Part shown: one piece after another, positions 30,512 to 41,781 of the stretch
Layout of the letters: each line of letters begins with the position of its first letter
How positions within the stretch are numbered: the stretch's first letter is position 1
Assembly: GCA_010093745.1 (NCBI GenBank)
Contig: MU005957.1
Coordinates: 186,001-250,000 of the forward strand
Direction of reading: 5' to 3'
Length of the DNA: 64,000 nt
From: Piedraia hortae CBS 480.64
Taxonomy: Eukaryota
Notes under the pieces: generated by a model
Databases searched by the model: none
Told to the model about the DNA's origin: nothing
The model's input: only the letters and a program-made list of their open reading frames with translations
Program-made: the position numbers and the translations under genes

Positions 30512-31909
30512 CTAACTACACGTCCCAGTCGTCGTTCCATTCCCCTTACACACATCCACGGTTGAGAACTTGTACTCAGCGTCAAAGCGAAAGGTCTCTC
30601 CGGGGGCATAGATCTGCTTCCGTCCCCACTCGGGATGATTGATGCCGTCGATCCAGTCCTGGACTTCGATTACGACGCAGCCGTATTTCTTCGTGACGCG
30701 CGGGTGGGCGACAGTGTCGTTGAAGAAACCTTGTGTCTTCTTTAGCGCGAAGCTACCGTTCATATTGTTGCAGGTATAGAGTTGAAACGCGGCTTGATCG
30801 GTGAAGATATCAATTGAGATTCCAGAGAAGGGGGATGCGAGAGTTGCAACTGGTGTGCGGGAGTTGTTGAGGGACGGCGCAGGACTTTGCGGGGGTTGCT
30901 CATCATCGGATTCCCGCTTCATGTAGTGGCTACTTGAAGCCGTCTTTTTACCATCTCTGCGGTTCAAGATATAGCAAGTATCGTAATCCGTGCAATTGGT
31001 CCCACACTGCCCCCTTAGGGCATCACCCTCATCGAAAGCGGTGCCGATTCTTTTAGGGGCAGACCACCAGTCGTGCACACCGCCTTTGACGTTCGCGAGC
31101 AGGTTACCTGTGGGTATCAGCGTCCCGTCAACTTCGGTACGCAAGCCTGCGTTAGGGACATGCAGCGTATAGTTTAGGGCGAGCGGCGTATCAGGGTTCT
31201 GGAAACCATCGAGATTCCAGTATGTGTGGGAGGTGAGCATTATGGGTGACTTTTTCGTAAGGGAGATGGCGGTCATGGAGATTTTCCACGTGTAAGGGGT
31301 CAGGGTGTAGGTTACGTTGGATATGACCCTGCCCGGAAAGCCTTCCCGTCCGTCAGCATCATCGAGAGAGAAGGTTATGCTGTCGCCGCCATAAACCGCT
31401 ACGGTCCAGTTGCGGTAATCCCATCCGTCGCGCCCGCCGTGAAGTGTGTCCAGCCCCCGTTCATTGAGGTCTGTGTGGTATGTCTCGGAGTCAATGGTAA
31501 ATGTGCCATTGCGGATACTATGGGCAGGTCAGATCGGATGTCTGTAATACGATTTGGGGAATTCGATAGGAAACATATGGATAGAAGAATCATTAAATTC
31601 CCAGTAGACAATGCTTAGGCTTTGCAAAACGTACCGATTAGCATATCGTCCCGGAATACCATTCAGATGCGGATGAAATGGCGTTTGGGAGTAATACGAG
31701 GCGTTATCAAACCCCAGGACGATGTCTCTCTCGATGCCGTGCACGTCAGAAACAAACAGATTTGTCAACGAGGCACCGTACGGGATGAACTGAGCTCTTA
31801 TGCCTTCGCTAGTGAGGGTGTACTTGCCATCTTCATCGGGGCCATTTCCGCTGCTGCCTAAAGCATTTGCAAGAGTCAGTAGTAGGGAACCTACTGACAG
31901 CAAGAACAT
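30512..31909 (-). CDS. Aldose 1-epimerase (galactose mutarotase-like) with signal peptide, 2 exons
   Basis: Exon 1 is 31909-31635 (MFLLSVGSLLLTLANALG...DIVLGFD...GRYANR). The intron is 31634-31518 (GTACGT...CTGAC...TAG). Exon 2 encodes IRNGTF, TLHGG, GFPG, LTSHTYWNLDG and FQLYT. Confidence 0.9.
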
Positions 31910-32644
31910 CTTGTGAGGCGGACAGAGAAGACGATGGGACAGCGGGATATGCACCCGTCCCACATAATATATTGCCGTTCTAGGGCTGCTTGACGTGATA
32001 ATATGTTGCTGATCGTGGCGCTCCCAACCCGCAGCAGAGCCGCAGGGGCGTGAAAACGACGGGTTGCATGGGTGACTGGGCCATATGCCCGAAGAAACGT
32101 TGCCATTACCGTCCTTGCTTGTCGATCATTACACGCAGTGGGGGATCTACTTTTGCCTGCTTGATGGCGGCTCACGTGCGTGTTCATCAATCATGGATTC
32201 CCTCTTTGGGCACATGCTGTGCGACCACATGCACAGCTGCTGCTGCTTTTTCCGGGCCTCAACTGCAACGTGACGTTCTTCCAGAACACCTCGTGCACCG
32301 TTGTCAGACCCTTTTCTCTGGATCGACGTGATAAGTTTCGTGTTTTGGGCCTGTGACAGATGTGTGACTTGCCCCCATCCTCTTCCGTCTTATAGGTCTT
32401 GTAATTTGGAAAGGAAGAGGGCTGATGTGGCCTGATGCAGTCACCCGAACGACTGCGACATGAGTAATCCCCCGATTTGTTGCGTAACAACAATTCTCTA
32501 GTTGGTAAGGTTCTCGCTACGCCTGGCGTTCATGACAGCCTTGTAGAAGCACCGCCAGGCGGTTCGCCTTGACGGCGACTCCAAACGGTTGGCGGGTACT
32601 TCCGCTAGCGCCAAACGCTGCACCATCATCACCAACGTAAACGG

Positions 32645-33253
32645 ATGACCGAAATGCTGTCAATCGCGCGGCCGACGCCTACAACGGTCCAGTATACTGT
32701 CTCAACGCGCTCGTCATCCAAAACAGTCACTGGCGGCCTGATCCTTGTCCGTGTCCTACTGGCCTTGTCCCTCCCAGTTCTGCTTCTCCCAGAGTTTCAC
32801 GAGGCTTTTGTACCACAGCATTTGCAAAAGTATACGGCCCCGACAGCTGCCCTCCTCGATTCACACACTACCCAAATACGGCGCATTCTGGCGGCCTTGA
32901 CCGCTCTCTTCGTCATCTTCCGCCGCTTCTACATCGAGGAGTCCCTACTCGTAATCAGAGGGTTAGGGGTCCAAACTACCACAAGCTCGGCATCTAGCTG
33001 GGGGGTGTCTACGCGCTTTATCTCAACGCAGAGCATACAGGACATCTTCATACATGAGGCCTTCCGCAAGTTCGAGGTGAGGTATTATCTCTGTATCGTC
33101 GTTGATGGGGAGACGGATGCTGTCGTTGTGTTTTCCGTATGTTCCACGAAACTCCACTCGAGGTGAAGCTTATACAGGTAGGATATCCTCCCGAGAAGAG
33201 AAATCCTCGAACAAGTATGGCGCGGCGCGCGGGCTTGCCTCTATGAACCGTGA
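32645..33253 (+). CDS. GPI15: GPI-GlcNAc transferase subunit PIG-H, 2 exons
   Basis: EESLLVIRGLGVQ...IQDIFIHEAF...VRYYL...VVVFS. Removing the intron 33137-33181 (GTATGT...TAG) restores the conserved tail DILPRREILEQVWRGARACLYEP*. Confidence 0.88.
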
Positions 33254-34629
33254 TGGAGTCCTTTCCTTTGCGCATAACGTGCGTTTACAGTCTCGGGAGC
33301 CTCTGTGCGCGCTCGCTGCATAATGGGGACATATTTGCCCACCGTTTGCGGCCGTTCGCTGCCGTCAAAGACCCTGTCACTACCCTCATCATTTGCTGGA
33401 GACGCGACTAGCTCCCCTTCAACAAGACGCATCAGGGAATGTGCGAGAAGCTCATCAATCTTGCGACGTTGCCACAAAGCCCACAGCTCTGTCAAGACAC
33501 CATGCGTTGAATAGGGCTCTGCACCCGTCTGGGTGACCCACTCTATTCCATCTGCATGTGTCGTGTCCCCGTTGGGCTGCGAACCAGTGCGGAATACACA
33601 ATCCCAAAGTACAAGCGGCATATCATCCGCCATCTCATAAATCGGCTTACCCGGACACCTTTCAGTGTCTAGCAAAGAGTCAACGACATCAGGCGATTCA
33701 CGTCCCTGGCCTACAAGAAAGAGAATCGCTACAAGGTGCCGTACTTGATGCCACAGAAACGCCGAGCCATGTACTTTGAAATAGAATATTTGTTCCCCTC
33801 CCACAGCCGAGTGCAGAGTGTGAATTTCTGCACAAAAAATGTTGCGCCTGAAATTGGTAATCTGCTTGGACGGATCCACCTTGCAAAAATTGCGAAAATC
33901 GTGCTCTCCAACGAGTTTCTCGGCAGCGAGCCGCATGGCCTCAATGTCTAGAGGCTCGCTACCCGCGTATGGCGGGTTCGTAAAGAAGTAGCGGTACTGC
34001 CTCTCTCTACAGGCGAAGCGAGCAGAGAAGGGCTCATCCCCGTTGGTTGGCGGATTTGGACACCAGGCCAGCGCACGAATATCGCTAGGCAGAACGCGAT
34101 TGATGGTGTGGATGTAGTCTATTTCCCTCCAATCTGTACCGCTGTCGGTGTGATCTTTGGGTCTATTGCTTCGCACCCGTAGCCCGATGACTTGGCCGAA
34201 CGCGCTGACGCCACGGTCGGTTCGTCCGCACTTGGTGTATTCTGTCCCTTCCCAGTTGACTTTGCTGTCGTCCCCTTCGGGGAATATTAACCGTGTCTTG
34301 ATTAGAGCTTTCCAGAGGACTTCTTCGATGGTGGGCAGGGGAGTAGGGTTGTTCGCGTGATGCTCCAGGCCACAGTAGTTTTGGCCGAGATACGCAAATT
34401 TCAGCGCAATGTGGCGCGTGTTGTATTTTGCGCGGTTGAAGGGCTTGCGGATCTTTTGTTTTGGGGAGACTGATCTTGGAGGTTGGGATTTGCTGGGAGA
34501 TTGTACTTGAGACTCGAGCTCGTTGATGCGCTGAATCAGGCTCTCGCGAGAGTAATCAGTGTATTTAGATACGCCCATTGTCACTGCTCTGATGTTTGAA
34601 GGCACTCGCAGCAAGCAAATTGGTCGCAT
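33241..34629 (-). CDS. DEG1: tRNA pseudouridine 38/39 synthase (TruA family)
   Basis: RHIALKFAYLGQNY.G, catalytic CGRTDRGVSAFGQV, FSARFACRERQYRYFF, GEHDFRNFCK and GSAFLWHQVR. The start may be the Met at 34578. Confidence 0.92.
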   Translation of the reverse strand: MRPICLLRVPSNIRAVTMGVSKYTDYSRESLIQRINELESQVQSPSKSQPPRSVSPKQKIRKPFNRAKYNTRHIALKFAYLGQNYCGLEHHANNPTPLPTIEEVLWKALIKTRLIFPEGDDSKVNWEGTEYTKCGRTDRGVSAFGQVIGLRVRSNRPKDHTDSGTDWREIDYIHTINRVLPSDIRALAWCPNPPTNGDEPFSARFACRERQYRYFFTNPPYAGSEPLDIEAMRLAAEKLVGEHDFRNFCKVDPSKQITNFRRNIFCAEIHTLHSAVGGEQIFYFKVHGSAFLWHQVRHLVAILFLVGQGRESPDVVDSLLDTERCPGKPIYEMADDMPLVLWDCVFRTGSQPNGDTTHADGIEWVTQTGAEPYSTHGVLTELWALWQRRKIDELLAHSLMRLVEGELVASPANDEGSDRVFDGSERPQTVGKYVPIMQRARTEAPETVNARYAQRKGLHHGS

Positions 34630-35868
34630 GCTATTTCAAGGCTACTATGTAGTTGGAAATTCCACTGCGGATACTGCCGGGTTGTACAATAGGGGCACAC
34701 CAGATAGCCGGAGGGTTCCATATCCATGGACCTGGTACATGTCACCATCACTTTACTGACAGACGTCTAAAGAGCTTGTTCCTGCTAGTCTACTGTCATG
34801 CATTTGCTAACTCCATGCGGCTGATGCCTTCGCATGGTGGCTGAGTATGTGCCACCCAAAACTCTTACGTGCGTCTGCAAAGCAGTCATGCGCGGATGGT
34901 CTTTAAGCGAGAACACTCGGGGTTGCACGATTTGGATCCATGACTTCTCTAACCCATATCCCGATCAGGGCGCTCCCGAATGCCACCCAACTAACCAACT
35001 CCCAGCCTTTGGCGTTGTTTGGGATGGCGAGCTCCTATTTCTAAGTGAGACTGAACAAGAACATGGTGGCCACCACGGCTACTTCCGCCAACTGCCGGAT
35101 GGCGTAGTGTAAAGAAACGGTGTGGTTAAACGTCTTCAAATCTACTGCAAAATGTTACCTCGGCGGTGTCAAATCTCTGCAAGCCGCAAATCGTTCTAAA
35201 TACGGGGGTTATATCCCGACTGGTCAGTGCTAATACGAACGGCGCCACCACAGGAAGCAGACTAGGGGACTTGCTAGCGCAGATCTACTGAGCCACACGA
35301 TGCGTGACAGAGAGATCGCTGACAGGGAATGCATCTCCGGAAGGGCAGGTCATCCCGACGCCTTCTCGTCATTACTGGGTTAGACGCATCGTCCCAGCAG
35401 CAAGAGCCGGCAAACAGGGCGGCGAGCCGGTCCGCGCTGTCGGTTGTCGGGGGTTGCGGAAGTCTCTATTTTTTGACTTTGCCAGCCAACCGGGGCGGAT
35501 TGTTGTGTGACCGACGGTTGCTCGTGCAATTTGTGCGAAGCAGTCGGCGCACACGTGATGATAACATGCCAGCGGATTCGCTGTGGGAGTTGAAAATCCC
35601 ACGTGCGCTGATCCAGATGATGTGCTCCAGGGATTATCGAGTATGGACAATGCTGAGCCCTGGGCAAGCCAAGTTCTTGCCACCCTTCCGTCCAGGGCCC
35701 TGTGGTGCGCAACATGGCGAATGCACATGCGTTAGGGCGATGAGGTTATTGCTAACTAGACCCACAGTCTGGTTCGTCTAAACATGTTGGCTATGCATCA
35801 CGGAGAGTGGGAAGGAATCCGCCGACCGGACAAATGTGAGCCATCCCGCCTCCTGTCCTCACACCGTT

Positions 35869-37548
35869 ATGCTTCTCTCCGCCCTACTGTTTGCTCTTCC
35901 ATTTGTCTCTGGTCTGCCATTGATCCCAGAGCCATCAGAAGGGTGGCGATTAGCAGGAAATGCCACCCTACTCGAGAGAGATAGCAATCAAAACGTTGTC
36001 GTCCTCGATTATGCTTCCTACCGTGGCACCGCAGATGGCAATGGTGTCAGTCAATGGCTAGGAATGCGCTTTGCCACCCCTCCCACCGGTTCTCGCAGGT
36101 TCAAAGCGCCGCAGCCCCCAGATAAACAGTCTTCAGTCCAAGATGCTAGCAAATTCGGTTCAATCTGTCTACCGACTCCTGGAGATGGAACCAACTTTCA
36201 ACAGCAGTCGGAGGACTGTCTCTTTATCAACGTCTTTGCGCCCACCGGAGCGGGATCATCGGGGAAAAAGCTGCCAGTGTACTTCTTCATCCAGGGAGGC
36301 GGTTTTGCAACAAACAGTAATGCTAACTACAACGGAGCTGGACTGATCAACGCCAGCGGGGGCAACATTGTTGTTGTGAACTTCAACTACCGCGTAGGTC
36401 CATGGGGGTTTCTGGCCAGCAAAGAAGTGGTTTCCCAGGGCAACCTCAACGCTGGGCTCCTGGATCAGCGCATGGCTCTCCAATGGGTGCAGAAGTACAT
36501 TCACGCATTTGGGGGCGATCCTAACCACGTGACACTCGGAGGCGACTCTGCAGGAGCGCAGTCGGTGGACCTGCATTTGACTGCGTACGGCGGTCGGAAT
36601 GACGGGCTTTTCCACGCAGCAGCTGCGGAATCGCAGTCCTTTCCGGGGCTCCGCTCCGTGGCAGAGAGCCAGTACAACTACGATGCCCTGGCCTCCCGCG
36701 CAGGCTGCTCAGGGGACACCTTTAGCTGCCTTCAAAAGCTCGGGGCGGACAAGCTGCAGAGCGTGAACACGCTGATCCCCTTTCCGGGCTCAGCCGGCTG
36801 GGCGCCTTTGCACGTATACGGTCCGACGTTTGACAATGACTTCATCCGCGACTACACCCACATTGCATTCGCAAAAGGCAGCTTCGTGCACGTTCCCATG
36901 ATCGGGGGAGACGACACAGATGAAGGTTCCATCTTCGCGCCGCGCAGCACGAACACGGAGCAAGATGCGAAGAACTTTATTAAAGACCAATGGCCTCATA
37001 TCTCCGACAATGACCTCAACACATGGGCGACCATGTACACACCGACAAACTTCCCCAACGTTGTTGGAGGCGTCGGTTCGTGGTACCGCGCACTGTCCAC
37101 TGGCTACGGCGAGATGCGATACACGTGCGGCGGGCTCAACGTCACGCACCAGCTGTCCAACTGGGGGCTCCCCTCGTGGAGCTACCGGTGGAACGTCGAG
37201 GACCCGAGCAGCATGTCATCTGGATTCGGCGTTCCACACACGATTGAAGTGCATGCCATTTGGGGGCCCGAGAACACCAACGGCGGAGCGCCGCAGAGCT
37301 ACTATTCTGGCGGGGTCAACAATCCCATTGTCGCCGTCACACAAGCTTACTGGACCTCATTCATCCGCACCTACGACCCCAATACGTACCGCGCAAATGG
37401 CGCGCCAATGTGGAATGCGTGGACACCACAAAATGAGAATCAGCGCATGAAATTCCAACACGACGTGACGGGAATGGAGAAGGTTCCCGACGCGCAGGTC
37501 CAAAGGTGTCGCTGGTGGAGTGGCCTTGCTGTTAAGCTGGAGCAGTAA
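35869..37548 (+). CDS. Secreted type-B carboxylesterase/lipase
   Basis: Signal peptide MLLSALLFALPFVSG from ATG 35869, then SEDCLFINVF, IQGGGF, NYRVGPWGFL, NAGLLDQ and the nucleophile motif GDSAG. Confidence 0.93.
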   Translation: MLLSALLFALPFVSGLPLIPEPSEGWRLAGNATLLERDSNQNVVVLDYASYRGTADGNGVSQWLGMRFATPPTGSRRFKAPQPPDKQSSVQDASKFGSICLPTPGDGTNFQQQSEDCLFINVFAPTGAGSSGKKLPVYFFIQGGGFATNSNANYNGAGLINASGGNIVVVNFNYRVGPWGFLASKEVVSQGNLNAGLLDQRMALQWVQKYIHAFGGDPNHVTLGGDSAGAQSVDLHLTAYGGRNDGLFHAAAAESQSFPGLRSVAESQYNYDALASRAGCSGDTFSCLQKLGADKLQSVNTLIPFPGSAGWAPLHVYGPTFDNDFIRDYTHIAFAKGSFVHVPMIGGDDTDEGSIFAPRSTNTEQDAKNFIKDQWPHISDNDLNTWATMYTPTNFPNVVGGVGSWYRALSTGYGEMRYTCGGLNVTHQLSNWGLPSWSYRWNVEDPSSMSSGFGVPHTIEVHAIWGPENTNGGAPQSYYSGGVNNPIVAVTQAYWTSFIRTYDPNTYRANGAPMWNAWTPQNENQRMKFQHDVTGMEKVPDAQVQRCRWWSGLAVKLEQ

Positions 37549-38693
37549 GACGGGGCCTCATTTTCTACGATGTAATGACGGGTTGGATGTATAGAAAAGC
37601 GTGTGCATAGCGAAGGACTTTTGTTATTGTTGATACCATAGGTTAGGTATATAATTCATTCCACCGCACCTTATCTGACTTACCAAAAGCAAAAGCCACA
37701 TTGCAAACCCCTGCACAGATCCCTGAACAGACCCTGCGCATCCCAACCACGTGCCCCCACCGACATTTTGATTGTGTCGTATCACATGGTAAAATGTCGT
37801 ATCCCTACTACCGGCAAAAAAGAAAGCCACGTTCATCCATCAAACCCCGCAAGGGACACAGCAAAAGGGAGAGTGCTTTTGCGTTTCCGGGTCGAGGCAT
37901 GGTGGCGTTGCGAGGGGCATGTGCATTGCAGATCTCTATTCTCGCTGAACTTTCCGCGTTCCTGCATTGGCAAGGTTGAAAAGTTTAGAGTCCTCAACAC
38001 TCAACGTTGAGATCTTGTTGAGAGGGCCTTGCTGTTGATGGATGCTTTTGTTTCCATGCCATTGTGCGCATATATGGCTTTTTCAGTTGAGCCACCGACA
38101 GCTTGTATACACGGCGCAGCCATTCTGCTAAGATCGCATAGCTGTCCTGAGCCTCCGAGTGAGATTAAGCAGGTTACATTTCCCTGGCAACGGCCATTAA
38201 ATGAAGCAGTGAGATAACGTTCTAATCGTCGACTGTTTCGACTGATTGATAAAAATGCAAGATAACGATAAAGCGACATGCAAGGGTAGCTGCTATCATA
38301 TGCTATCGATTTATTTGTTTGTTCAGCCGCGTGTGTTGTTTGCTGCTTAGCCACAGGATATTCAATTAGCTTCCAAATACACTCCTAGCTAGCGAACTAC
38401 TCTGTCAGCTTAACCAAGTTCAGCTCTACAAGAGCGCAAACTGCGCGGTTTTTTCTTTGGCAGCAACTTCAACAAGACGTTCCAGAGACGTTCTTGTGCG
38501 TAGTAGTTCGGAGAATAACATTATTTGCCTCCATCGTTCGAAAGCAAAAGACTCCTATGACGTCTCCACAGTCAAGATACTCGCATCAGCATTATGCCAA
38601 TCTAGAGTGTGGATATCATTACACAAGAGGGGATCGAATACATAAACTGGAAGAGAAAAGGTATCATAGCAAGATGTCATCGTCCCTTAACGT

Positions 38694-40127
38694 CTATTCC
38701 TTATAAACAGCATCCCTGATCTGCCGCTTCATATTCGCAACAGTGCCGACGCCGTTGTACATCATAGTCGTGTAAAGCTGACAGAGACTTGCGCCCGCGT
38801 TCAGCAGCTGGAGACACTGTCTCCCATCTGTGATGCCGCCGGAAGCGAAGATGACCACTTCCTTGTCTTGCGGAGGGTCTATACCGTCGTCTCTGGAACC
38901 CTTCGCACCGTCCTTCTGAGGTGGAGCTGTAATTGGCCCAAGGGACGCCGCCGGAGCAGGAGCAGGCGGCAATTGGAGTTTTCTGCTGTACCTCCTCACG
39001 AGGTCGAGCGTTCGGGGAAACGTCTGCGGCCCGGAGTAGCCGCCGACCTCGCTGAGGAGTCTGCTCTCCGACTGCGACCTCGCGGGGGGACGTGAGCGGG
39101 TTGTGTTGCCTACAATGACGCCATCAACGCCGCTCTGGCGAATGGCGGTACAGATTCCATCCACCTGCTCGTCTGAGGATTCATCCGGCGATACTTTGAC
39201 CATGACGGCAGGTTTGGAACCCTCACGGGGAACGGCGGCCGCGGCCTTGACCACGGCTGTGAGGATTGCGGTGAGGGGCTTCACAGCCTGCAGATCCCGT
39301 AGCCCGGGGGTATTGGGCGATGAGACATTCACCACAAGGATGTCGGCGTATACGCCCAGTTTCTGCACACAGCGCACGTAGTCGGCCGCAATGGCGTCCA
39401 CGTCACCATCTGGCGTGGTCTTGTTCTTCGCGATCTGCACGGCAAGTAGCCTTCCAGGCTGAAGGCTCCCCGGCGGTACGGATGTTTTGCCATCGATGAC
39501 AATTTGCTCGTCGAGGCCAAAGCCATGTGAGAGGGCGTAGCGGCGTACTCGCTCGCGGAGGCGCATGGCCACTATGTCCGCCCCGTCCGAGTTGAGGCCA
39601 TATCGGTTTACCAACCCATTTAGATCTGGCAGACGGAAGACGCGCGGCCTTGAATTTCCCTCTTGCGGCTCGGGCGTTACGCCACCAACCTCGACAATAG
39701 AGGCGCCGATGGCGAATAACGCGTCCGGCACTTCTCCGTTCTTGTCAAACCCCGCGCTGATGCCCAAGGGATTGGATAGTCTGTGGCCAAAGATTTCGAC
39801 CGAGATGTCCTGGTTCTTGCTGCCGCTTCTCTCGCGGGGATAGAGGCCCACTACCCACAGCCCGGAGAGAAAGCGGATGGCGGCGCGGTGCGCATCTTCG
39901 GCATCAGAATATGCCATGCGCATTGCAGGCATCACAATCCATCTGTGTACACTTGCTCGCGCATCGCTAATGTAGAACAAGCCGGCGCCGAACGTGAGCG
40001 CGGCAACTGCGCTATAGCCGTAGAATCGCGCATTACTGCTCCGTGTGTTACGCGTCGATTGATGTCTCCGCCATTGTTGCTGCAGGCCGCGTCGGAGCGC
40101 CCGGTTTGGCCAGACTGCTGCCGACAT
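38694..40127 (-). CDS. URA9: Mitochondrial dihydroorotate dehydrogenase (quinone), class 2
   Basis: Presequence and TM anchor, then NPLGISAGFDKN, PQEGNSRPRVFRL, NRYGLNS, VNVSSPNTPGLR, VKVSPD, GGYSG and ASGGI. Confidence 0.95.
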   Translation of the reverse strand: MSAAVWPNRALRRGLQQQWRRHQSTRNTRSSNARFYGYSAVAALTFGAGLFYISDARASVHRWIVMPAMRMAYSDAEDAHRAAIRFLSGLWVVGLYPRERSGSKNQDISVEIFGHRLSNPLGISAGFDKNGEVPDALFAIGASIVEVGGVTPEPQEGNSRPRVFRLPDLNGLVNRYGLNSDGADIVAMRLRERVRRYALSHGFGLDEQIVIDGKTSVPPGSLQPGRLLAVQIAKNKTTPDGDVDAIAADYVRCVQKLGVYADILVVNVSSPNTPGLRDLQAVKPLTAILTAVVKAAAAVPREGSKPAVMVKVSPDESSDEQVDGICTAIRQSGVDGVIVGNTTRSRPPARSQSESRLLSEVGGYSGPQTFPRTLDLVRRYSRKLQLPPAPAPAASLGPITAPPQKDGAKGSRDDGIDPPQDKEVVIFASGGITDGRQCLQLLNAGASLCQLYTTMMYNGVGTVANMKRQIRDAVYKE

Positions 40128-40254
40128 GGCCGTGCTGGGAGGAAGGCAACGTGCACTGGAGGTGTGGATTACGTAAGGCTACTTAGCGCAGACTCGGAGA
40201 TAGAAATCTCAGTAGGCGAGATGGAATGTCTACCCATATCCGTGGAGCCATCTC

Positions 40255-40932
40255 TCAGAGCTCTACAAACTGATCACAGCCCTTGTAATCAGGCACATCA
40301 AAGTCGTACTTGTCCGCCATGGCCTTGCTGACAAACCTGCCGCCTACGAAGTGCCTACCCTTGAAGAACTTGCTTAAGGCCTTGGGGGCGGTGAGGCTGA
40401 TCAGGGCGGCAGGCATGTAGTCCTTTCCAAGGCCATCCTCTGGTGGGCCGTGGTCGATGTTCCACGACGATGGAGCATCAACAGCAAGCACCTTTGCTCC
40501 CGCCTTTTCCAATCCCGCAACAGCCTGCTTAAAAGGGTCGCGGACCTCACCGGAGAAGGAAAACCCAAAGATGGCATCAATGAGAAAATCATACCCTTGG
40601 CCGGAAAACTCGTCGACAAATGGCACATTGAGCTGCTCCAGCTGAGCGCGCAGATGAGTGTAAATGTCTTTGGAGCTTTGCTTCGGGTAGTAGACAGCTG
40701 GCTTGTAGCCAAAGTGGAAAAGGTGACGGGCTGCGACTAGGCCATCGCCCCCATTATTACCGGGTCCACAGGCGACGAGGATCTTCTGCGACTTGCTGGG
40801 CGGGGACAATGTGTACATTGTCTGAGCTACAGAAAGGCCCGCGAGCTCCATCAGCTGGTCTATGCTGAACTGTCCAGAAGACATGAGCTCTTCATCGAGT
40901 GCGGCTGCATTCTTGGCGCTGATGGTGCGCAT
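40255..40932 (-). CDS. NNR1: NAD(P)HX epimerase (YjeF N-terminal domain)
   Basis: Likely start MRTISAKNAAALDEELMS at 40932. Motifs: QLMELAGLSVA, CGPGNNGGDGLVAARHL, DAIFGFSF, LISLTAPK, HFVGGRF. Confidence 0.92.
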   Translation of the reverse strand: MRTISAKNAAALDEELMSSGQFSIDQLMELAGLSVAQTMYTLSPPSKSQKILVACGPGNNGGDGLVAARHLFHFGYKPAVYYPKQSSKDIYTHLRAQLEQLNVPFVDEFSGQGYDFLIDAIFGFSFSGEVRDPFKQAVAGLEKAGAKVLAVDAPSSWNIDHGPPEDGLGKDYMPAALISLTAPKALSKFFKGRHFVGGRFVSKAMADKYDFDVPDYKGCDQFVEL

Positions 40933-41080
40933 TTTGGCAAGTGTGCGATGGCGTTGAAGATGAAGATGACGTCGATGATTAACGGCTGCAGAATAAAAGG
41001 TTTTCATCACGCATACAGTAGTTGAAACTTGGGATGATATGTTTGGGCCGAGAAGCCGATATTGCTAGCGCACACTTTCA

Positions 41081-41781
41081 TCAGGTGAGTATTTTACACT
41101 GCACCTGGTGGTCTGTTGCCTTGTCCTCTTCGTTCTCATTGCATAATACACACATACAGCCCTTCATCATGCCTGGTCTCTTGTAAAGCTCATGGTAAAC
41201 ATGATCCAATCCAGAACGCCCGATCAGCTCCGGTTGCGACGAAGGCAGCGTTGACTGATTACGAGACAACGAGGAAGGATTTGGCTTCAATCCGGCCGGC
41301 ATGGCCTTTCTCATCCCCCGACACTGATCACACGGACACTGATCACACGGACACTGATCACACGGACACTGATCACACGGACACTGATCACACGGACACT
41401 GATCACACGGACACTGATCACAGTGTCTCCTAGCGACCGTAAATGGAGGTCGAACTGCGTGTACAAACGGAAAACCTTGCCCGAAGGATGTCCATGCAGG
41501 AGAATGGTTCCGTTGCCTGTTTCCTTGAATTCAGCATATCCCGCAGGCAGCTTGTTCAGCGTGTATTGGTGGTCGCGATCGATCGGAAGGTTCTTGATCA
41601 CATCTCTTTACCTACAACGCCCTTCATCCAGATGTCGTCGTTGCGTACGAGTTTCGTCTCTACACCAGGACAATAGGTATCTAGCTCCGATGTTAGATAT
41701 CTGAATGCCAGCGGACGGGAGGAGGGACGCACCATCGCCGTCACTGTTATTGCCGACCTCAAACCTCATGACGCTGTGCAT
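41081..41781 (-). pseudogene. Clr2 N-terminal (Clr2_transil)-like domain remnant
   Basis: SDGD...*...YTLNKLPAGYAEF...LLHGHPSGKVFRLYTQFDLHLRSL, with CMCVLC downstream in another frame. There is an in-frame TAA at 41608-41610 and a minisatellite inside the frame. Confidence 0.5.
41320..41427. repeat. 15-bp minisatellite (GACACTGATCACACG) x6 plus a 13-bp partial unit, ending in an inverted repeat
   Basis: Perfect head-to-tail units from 41320. The last unit reads GACACTG-ATCA-CAGTGTC, which has 7-bp inverted arms. Confidence 0.95.

Noticed and set aside
30512..40932. Metabolic or secondary-metabolite gene cluster
   Set aside because: There is no backbone enzyme (PKS, NRPS, terpene synthase) and the genes belong to unrelated housekeeping pathways.
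41320..41427. CRISPR-like array
   Set aside because: The units are contiguous with no unique spacers, there are no cas genes, and the context is eukaryotic; it is a minisatellite.
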